13,718 bases of DNA from Promethearchaeota archaeon (GTDB lineage Archaea; Asgardarchaeota; Lokiarchaeia; Sigyniarchaeales; SOKP01), in contig SHMW01000098.1 in assembly GCA_008080735.1 (NCBI GenBank), positions 1 through 13,718 of the forward strand. The letters are read 5' to 3'. The position numbers and the translations under genes are program-made. Within the stretch, counting starts at the first letter, position 1. Every line of letters starts with the position of its first letter. Shown here piece after piece: positions 7,980 to 13,718 of the stretch. The notes beneath the pieces were generated by a model. That model was not told the DNA's origin, searched no databases, and saw only the letters and a program-made list of their open reading frames with translations.

Positions 7980-9200
7980 ATGTCATTTGACTATGTTTCA
8001 TATAAAGATGTAGATTTAAAAGGGAAAAAAGTCTTAATCCGGCCAGATATTAACTCTAACATTGATGTTGAGAATATGACAATTCGGGAATCACCTAGAA
8101 TTCAAGCGCTCGGAGAAGCTTTAGCAGAATTCAAAGAGTGTGCGGTCGTGGTCATGGCACACCAATCTCGTCCAGGAAGTAAAGATTTCACTTCCTTAAA
8201 ACTCCATGCGGATGAATTAAAGAAATATACAGATATGCCGGTGAAATATGTGGAAGATATTTTTGGTGAGGACGCCGTCCAAGCGATTAAAGAACTTAAG
8301 GTTGGTGAAGTCTTGGTACTGGATAATGTTCGAAAATGGGATAAAGAAACAACTATATTTGATGATTTCTCTGAAGCAGAAAAGACAGAAATGATTCAAA
8401 CCCTAGCCCCTCTATTTGATTATTTCGTTGCTGATGCGTTTGGAGCAGCACATCGAGCACAACCGTCCATAATTGGCTGGCCAACCCTTATAGCAGGACC
8501 AACTGTTGTAAAGGAATTTGAATATATGACCAAACTGTTAGAGGATCCACAAAAACCCGTAGCAATGCTCATTGGTGGAGCGAAGGCGATTGACAAATAT
8601 AAGGCAATGAAATATAATCTTGAAAACGATAGATTAGACTATGGTTTATGTGCTGGATTAACGGCAGTTCTGATTTTGGAAGCGCTAGGAACGGATACTG
8701 GCGAACCAAATAAAAAGGCAGTGGGAAAGGATTTGGAAAAAGCTAAGGATGATATTGTTCAAACATATGAAAAATTCAAAGATCGGATTATCCTTCCAAA
8801 AGACCTCGTTATTGAAGAGGGAGGAAAAAGAGATGATGTACCTATTGACGAAGTTGGTAAATTAAATAAGGTCACCGGTGATATTGGAAAAGAGACAGCC
8901 AAGGATTTTGAAAAAAGGATGATGGAGTGTAAAACCATTGTTGCAAACGGACCTCCAGGGATTTTTGAGAAAGAAGTCTTCAGAAAGGGAACTAAAGAAA
9001 TGGCGGGTGCAATGGCAAAAGCAACTAAGAAAAATGATGCATTGACGGTAATTGGAGGAGGGGAAATGGGAACTGCCGCGGAAATGTTCGGATATGCTGA
9101 TGATGTATCATTCATATCAACTGGTGGAGGGGCTATGTTAGAAATTCTTAGTGGTAAAGATGTCCCATTAGTGAAAGCTCTAAGAGAAAAAAAACCCTAA
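7980..9200 (+). CDS. pgk: Phosphoglycerate kinase (archaeal type)
   Basis: GKKVLIRPDINS, AHQSRPG, DAFGAAHRAQPS, IGGAKAIDK, NGPPGIFE, IGGG and FISTGGGAMLEIL; 406 aa is a typical length. Confidence 0.96.
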   Translation: MSFDYVSYKDVDLKGKKVLIRPDINSNIDVENMTIRESPRIQALGEALAEFKECAVVVMAHQSRPGSKDFTSLKLHADELKKYTDMPVKYVEDIFGEDAVQAIKELKVGEVLVLDNVRKWDKETTIFDDFSEAEKTEMIQTLAPLFDYFVADAFGAAHRAQPSIIGWPTLIAGPTVVKEFEYMTKLLEDPQKPVAMLIGGAKAIDKYKAMKYNLENDRLDYGLCAGLTAVLILEALGTDTGEPNKKAVGKDLEKAKDDIVQTYEKFKDRIILPKDLVIEEGGKRDDVPIDEVGKLNKVTGDIGKETAKDFEKRMMECKTIVANGPPGIFEKEVFRKGTKEMAGAMAKATKKNDALTVIGGGEMGTAAEMFGYADDVSFISTGGGAMLEILSGKDVPLVKALREKKP

Positions 9201-9211
9201 AAAATACTCAA

Positions 9212-9230
9212 TTTTTCATTTTTTTACTTC
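9212..9230 (+). terminator. Oligo-T terminator after pgk
   Basis: TTTTTCATTTTTTTACTTC begins 11 nt after the stop codon. Confidence 0.55.
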
Positions 9231-9408
9231 TTACTTATAATCGACTCATACTCAAAAAGGAATTTTGAAAATTATAACCATTAGAGTCATGTATAACATT
9301 TTGAGAATCCCTTTCATAAAATAAGGAAGAACGGGATTATATCGGATATTATATTATTTTATCAATTTTTTTCTCTATTAATCTCTTCTATTAAGATCAA
9401 ATACTTGA

Positions 9409-9426
9409 ACAAAATTTATATATATA
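9409..9426 (+). promoter_or_regulatory. Putative BRE/TATA promoter for the 9496/10930 unit
   Basis: ACAAAA-TTTATATATATA is a strong TATA-like element preceded by an A-rich BRE-like tract. Confidence 0.45.
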
Positions 9427-9495
9427 GGAAAGATCAATTTTAATATTAATCGAAAAAAAGCGAGATCCCATCGGAAAATTCGAGATGATTTTTCA

Positions 9496-10908
9496 TTGTC
9501 TCCTAATCTACCTCATAAAATAATAAATTACAAAACTCCTTTGATTGAAACTAATATTCTATTAGTTATATTAAGTTGGAAGAATTGTATCAAATTGCCG
9601 ATTTCGGGTAGTTATCAACATCATTCGATAGAGAACATAAAAACCGACATTGTTATTTTCTTCGGTGGGAAAGAATGTTCTATCTCTACAGTTAACGGAT
9701 ATCTGCATTCTCTATTTGGGTTAGGGTATTATTACACCAAATTTGAAATACAATCTCAAAATTACATAACAGACAATCGTGAATTAACAGGTTTAGTGTT
9801 ATCTGATTTTGTCTATGATCATCTGTCAACTTCAAATAGTGTAGCGTTCCAAGAGGATGCCGATGTAATTTTTACAGACCTAGTTGTGAAAGTTCCTCTT
9901 AATCTTTCTTACAAATCAGACACTAAAAGAACTTTTATAAAGGGAACACTTATGAGAAATCTCTTCATACCCTATAAAGATATTTTTCTTGAAATGATGA
10001 ATCATATTAGAAAACCTGATACCTATCAAATCAAAAAAGATGGACCTATGATTCTTAATGCGGATTGGAATATTTTTAACACAATTTTAATCTCAAAGAG
10101 AATGCAGGAACGTAAAAAAAAGGAATTTATCAATCCGACTGCGGGTATCACTCAAATAGAAGTGGGAGTTGAGGAATATTTACAAAAGATTTTTTCTCCT
10201 TCAGAAATCTTAGAAATAGAGGAAAAGGTTGAAGATTTGAAAAAAATATTCGCTTCTATCGAATTAGATCCAACCTATCTATTCTCACTGATAGAAAATT
10301 CCTCTAAATATTTACCAATACCTCCAATAAACTCTGAAGAGTATCAAAAATCTTCTCCTTATAAAAAGTCAATTCTTATTTCAGCGGGAACTCGGTTAAA
10401 CGAATATAAAGCATGGCCTCTCAAACTAGAAGCTCATACTGAAAAGGGTTCTACTTCAAAAGTTAAAGTAAAATTTGAAGATAAGAATAAATTTAATTTT
10501 CAAATAGAAGAAGATTCAAACCAAAATAGTAATATGGAGAGTTATTCAACACCAAAAAAGGGAGATTTTATCTTAAGGAGTATGAGACCAAATATTGTAA
10601 AAGAGAAAAAGCTTCCCGAATCTTCTATGAATACGATTGATGAGATCTTAGATTATCTTATAAAGGTCATAAATGAGGATTATGATATGCCAACTATAGG
10701 TCGAGCTTTTGAAAATGCTCATCAAAAATTGCGGAAGATTGTTTTATATGTCGATTATATGTGGGAAATGAGCAAGTTAACAAATATTTACAAAAAAAAG
10801 AATCCGAACTTGGGCTTAAGTGAAAAAGAAAAAGAAAACTTGCTCCGTAAGGTATATGATTGGAAATCAAAAACTAAAAATAGTCAAATTAAAGTAGGAC
10901 CAAAATAA
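9496..10908 (+). CDS. Hypothetical soluble multidomain protein (N-terminal alpha/beta domain, low-complexity linker, C-terminal helical domain); true start may be TTG at 9595
   Basis: 470-codon ORF with no recognisable family motif. It has a globular region to ~aa 272, an S/K/E/N-rich linker, and an amphipathic helical region at ~aa 375-460 ending in EKENLLRKVYDWKSK. Confidence 0.8.
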   Translation: MSPNLPHKIINYKTPLIETNILLVILSWKNCIKLPISGSYQHHSIENIKTDIVIFFGGKECSISTVNGYLHSLFGLGYYYTKFEIQSQNYITDNRELTGLVLSDFVYDHLSTSNSVAFQEDADVIFTDLVVKVPLNLSYKSDTKRTFIKGTLMRNLFIPYKDIFLEMMNHIRKPDTYQIKKDGPMILNADWNIFNTILISKRMQERKKKEFINPTAGITQIEVGVEEYLQKIFSPSEILEIEEKVEDLKKIFASIELDPTYLFSLIENSSKYLPIPPINSEEYQKSSPYKKSILISAGTRLNEYKAWPLKLEAHTEKGSTSKVKVKFEDKNKFNFQIEEDSNQNSNMESYSTPKKGDFILRSMRPNIVKEKKLPESSMNTIDEILDYLIKVINEDYDMPTIGRAFENAHQKLRKIVLYVDYMWEMSKLTNIYKKKNPNLGLSEKEKENLLRKVYDWKSKTKNSQIKVGPK

Positions 10909-10929
10909 AAAGAGGAAAGAAAAGATAAT

Positions 10930-11625
10930 ATGGCAAGTATAAAATCTGCGATTAAATATCTCGAGAAAGCATTTCCAGATGTAATGGAAACAGCAGTATT
11001 TAACAAAGAGGGGAATATTTTGTACTCAAGTAATAATTGGAGCATCGAGAATGAGGTTAGGGCTCTTTTATCGGTTTGGTGGAGTGAGAATGCTCAATTT
11101 ATTAATATAAATGGTGTTAGATATTCAATTCTTCAGATGGAACCCGAGCGTTTCGTCGCAACAAATCGGAAAAAACAAGGCCATCTGGTCGGAGCAGCGA
11201 CTCCCAGTATGAATAAATTCCTTATAGCACATATTAGTCCGAAATCAAAAGGGTGGTTTCATGGGGCTTATCCTACTATAGCACGAGCAGCGGCTATGAT
11301 AGAAACGGGGTTGGAAATAAATATAGAAAAGGGAAATAAGCAGAAACTTTCCAGGCAGAAAAAAGATGTAAGAGATAAAATCTTTGAGGAGGATTATTTT
11401 GCTTCATTCATAGAATCCGCAAATAATCCAAGCACCTCTTTAGTCCAACAGAGATCGGAAATAGATCCTAACTTAGAAATTGAAGTTGAAACATTTTTGG
11501 AGTGGATTAAAGATCCCGAAGGTTTAGCTGGTTTCATAAAATATTATCTTAGGGAAAATGATTCTGAGATGATATCTCGTTTATCAAGAATATACCAACA
11601 ATTTTACAAAACATTTTATGGGTAA
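10930..11625 (+). CDS. Asgard-type profilin domain protein with a ~105-aa C-terminal extension
   Basis: aa 1-125 follow the Asgard profilin pattern as I recall it: AVFNKEGNILYSSNNWSI...W...ININGVRYSILQMEPERFVATNRKKQGHLVGA...LIAHISP plus a terminal helix. A basic linker and a helical domain (aa 178-231) follow. Confidence 0.82.
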   Translation: MASIKSAIKYLEKAFPDVMETAVFNKEGNILYSSNNWSIENEVRALLSVWWSENAQFININGVRYSILQMEPERFVATNRKKQGHLVGAATPSMNKFLIAHISPKSKGWFHGAYPTIARAAAMIETGLEINIEKGNKQKLSRQKKDVRDKIFEEDYFASFIESANNPSTSLVQQRSEIDPNLEIEVETFLEWIKDPEGLAGFIKYYLRENDSEMISRLSRIYQQFYKTFYG

Positions 11626-11969
11626 GATTTGAATAACTATTACCTTGATTCTCTATATTTTCAACGACAAAAATCCATTCAGGATTTTATTGAATTATAG
11701 ATTTAACCAATTCATTCTAATTAATTGTTCAAAATCTTTCAAAATGCTAGCTTCAATTAATCACGTTTTTGAGATATTAATAACTGAAACCTCTTGATTA
11801 AATACTAAAAAATCTTGTTTATTATATCCTTTTTTTTATAAAAACTTAATAGGAGATTTTCGAAATCAGAAGTTCGCCTTTTTTTAAAGGAATGAAAGCA
11901 AGGTCTTTTGATAAATAATTTATTTTTTGATATAATATTTAATTTAACTTCTTAACACGTGTATAAAAA

Positions 11970-11985
11970 AGATTTTAAAAAAAAA
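11970..11985 (+). promoter_or_regulatory. Putative TATA box of the tRNA gene
   Basis: TTTTAAAA at 11973-11980 is preceded by an A-rich tract and lies about 30 nt upstream of tRNA position 1. Confidence 0.4.
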
Positions 11986-12007
11986 TAGTAGATTTACTCA
12001 TTAAAAT

Positions 12008-12112
12008 GGGCTCGTGATCTAGCGGTATTAGTAATTAGTGTTGCTTCTTGCTGCCTAAGATGCCCGCTTGACGTGCGGGAAATCGAGGGTTCAATTCCCT
12101 CCGAGCCCACCA
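12008..12112 (+). tRNA. tRNA-Val(GAC) with a ~30-nt intron in the D-arm and genomically encoded CCA
   Basis: Acceptor stem GGGCTCG/CGAGCCC followed by ACCA. Anticodon stem CCCGC/GCGGG with loop TTGACGT (GAC at 12070-12072). T-arm GAGGG-TTCAATT-CCCTC. The D-arm ATCT-AGCGGTAT...GAT is interrupted by 30 extra nt. Confidence 0.93.
12029..12058 (+). other. tRNA intron at non-canonical position ~22/23 (relaxed bulge-helix-bulge)
   Basis: Inner helix AGTAA(12030-34)/TTGCT(12048-52), 3-nt bulge ATT(12027-29), central helix GGT/GCC with one C-T mismatch, and second bulge AAG(12057-59). Cutting after the 2nd nt of each bulge gives a normal 75-nt tRNA with ...GGTATGATG... Confidence 0.75.
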
Positions 12113-12137
12113 TTCTAACAATATAAAAGGTAATAAA

Positions 12138-12617
12138 ATGCCAATAAGAATCCGTTGGAGATCAAAAGATTATATAGGCTACGGATTAATTCTTTTAGGA
12201 GGGTGTGGATTATTTCAAACATTCTTTATTCTATTCGCTCAATATTTCCTACTAGTTGCTAACTATTTTATTATTATCATCATTCCCATTGGGACAACCT
12301 TAGCCCTTTTTTATTCATCTCTGATTATATTTGAGAGTTTTGCCGAGGTTCGACGGCGAAACAAATTGAGAAGCCAGTTTAGAAGACCATCCAAAGAGGT
12401 GCAAACACTTAAGAGATTTTTGGCATTCCCCATCACTCTTCCATTACTAATTTCATTTATTGTGTTTGTAATTCTTTTTATAGTAGCATATTTAATATTT
12501 GGAACCTTCCTCAATAATCAGTTGTCATTTTTGATCTCAGAAAATGTATCAGCCATTCTCCTTCTCCTAGTTGCAAATGGATTTGAGAGATATTATGCTA
12601 AAATTAGGAGATATTAG
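12138..12617 (+). CDS. Hypothetical 4-TM membrane protein with an Arg/Lys-rich loop
   Basis: 159 aa with two hydrophobic hairpins separated by EVRRRNKLRSQFRRPSK. Both termini are basic. Confidence 0.8.
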   Translation: MPIRIRWRSKDYIGYGLILLGGCGLFQTFFILFAQYFLLVANYFIIIIIPIGTTLALFYSSLIIFESFAEVRRRNKLRSQFRRPSKEVQTLKRFLAFPITLPLLISFIVFVILFIVAYLIFGTFLNNQLSFLISENVSAILLLLVANGFERYYAKIRRY

Positions 12618-12767
12618 CTTTTTGGTTTTAAGTAATTCCCTATTTCTTCTGCTTATAAAATTTGAGAGAAATGAAAAAACAATTAGTTTTTTATCGTAAT
12701 TCTTTTATATTAAATTAAGGATAGCCTTATATTAGCCGTATTTACTAATTTGTATATGTGATTTTTT

Positions 12768-13622
12768 ATGAAAGTTGAGATTCGTTGCCCTATTTGTTCT
12801 ACTACAGAAAACATCGAGATTTCTAAGAATGAATTAGAAAAGATTCAAAGAGGTCTATTAGCGATTAACATTCCAAAGTCTGTTGTATGTGAACACAATT
12901 TTGTGGCATATATTGATAGTAACTTTCATGTAAGGAATTATTGTACTACAGATTTTGAAATTTTAGTCCCTGAAGATCAATCAGAGATTCAAACGCCAGA
13001 CATTCCAATTAATAAAATGGATCCACTCTTATTAAAGATTAATTTACCTCCCTCCATTTTATCATATATTTTAAGAGGTATCTTTTCTAAACATAAAATT
13101 ATTATTATTTCAGATAAAGAATTTCTGATTCCACATTTAACCCATTTTTTTAAATATATAATGGAAAATTCATTTGAAATGGATTTGTCAATTATTTTGG
13201 AACAAGATTATATTAATTCTTCTAAAAATTATGAGGAGGCTCTTATCTTCTACGGAAATAAGATCATCACTAACGAATCTTCTGACAAAATTTTAGGAGA
13301 TATCAGCATTGAAGAGGCTATTGTTGAGAAATTTTTATCTGAAAAAGACTTGCAAACAGGTTTGATCATATTAAAAAATGAGATTAAGAAAGCCCATCAC
13401 ATCTCGGAAATTCTCATTGACATTATTAAAGACTCCGAGACAAAGAAAAAGAAAATGAATCCTGAAGAGGCTATTAGAATGCTCGAGGAAGGGCATAACA
13501 TCAAGATATCCTCCGAATACCTCGAATTCTTATACATCATCATAGAAAATTACTTTGGGATTGAAGTACCAAAGAAAATAAAAAAAGTTTTTCAATTATA
13601 CTTGGGAATTTCCTACTTTTGA
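12768..13622 (+). CDS. Hypothetical protein with an N-terminal Zn-ribbon (CxxC...CxH) and a possible DENN-like core
   Basis: C7-P-I-C10 and C41-E-H43-NFVAYID, a central LLKINLPPSILSYILRGIFSKHKIIIISD segment, and a helical C-terminus. Confidence 0.8.
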   Translation: MKVEIRCPICSTTENIEISKNELEKIQRGLLAINIPKSVVCEHNFVAYIDSNFHVRNYCTTDFEILVPEDQSEIQTPDIPINKMDPLLLKINLPPSILSYILRGIFSKHKIIIISDKEFLIPHLTHFFKYIMENSFEMDLSIILEQDYINSSKNYEEALIFYGNKIITNESSDKILGDISIEEAIVEKFLSEKDLQTGLIILKNEIKKAHHISEILIDIIKDSETKKKKMNPEEAIRMLEEGHNIKISSEYLEFLYIIIENYFGIEVPKKIKKVFQLYLGISYF

Positions 13623-13718
13623 AATTAATTAATAATACCATCGTAGGTAATTATAAGGAAAATTACTTTTAGGTTTACCCTCCCTTATAACATTAAATTT
13701 AAATCAATAATGTCTTAT

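Noticed and set aside
8217-9115. ORFs 8217..8399 and 8759..9115 on -
   Set aside because: Both are antisense shadows of pgk.
11626-12007. 380-nt intergenic region as ncRNA, CRISPR array or small gene (includes a short AAAATCC/GGATTTT hairpin near 11670-11688)
   Set aside because: It is very AT-rich, with no repeat-spacer periodicity, no extended stable stems and no ORF in the track. Terminator plus tRNA promoter sequence explains it adequately.
12080-12112. tRNA 3' end as an attachment site of an integrated element
   Set aside because: I saw no duplicate of the tRNA 3' sequence, no integrase or transposase, and no evident compositional shift in the window. A distant att site cannot be excluded.
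12311-12514. 67-aa ORF on -
   Set aside because: It is antisense to the 4-TM protein gene, which has the more convincing topology.
13620-13718. TGA stop as possible selenocysteine read-through
   Set aside because: An in-frame TAA follows two codons later and no SECIS-like hairpin is evident.

Overview
AT-rich archaeal chromosomal window, most likely from an Asgard archaeon (Lokiarchaeia-like). This is inferred from an Asgard-type profilin, an archaeal-type PGK, BRE/TATA promoters, oligo-T terminators and an intron-containing archaeal tRNA. From left to right it holds the 3' end of a membrane-protein gene, a conserved-looking hypothetical membrane protein, and two glycosyltransferases (MJ1255/VC2487-like and GT4). 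These converge on a minus-strand pair, a GH20 (HexD/GcnA-like) hexosaminidase coupled to larB. Next come an acidic hypothetical protein, pgk, and a two-gene unit made of an unknown multidomain protein and a profilin with an extra ~105-aa C-terminal extension. The window ends with a tRNA-Val(GAC) carrying a non-canonical ~30-nt D-arm intron (not in the ORF track), a 4-TM membrane protein, and a Zn-ribbon protein with a possible DENN-like core. The best candidate for an undescribed system is the unknown-protein/extended-profilin unit. I saw no mobile element or CRISPR array. All family calls come from motif recognition by eye; no searches were run.
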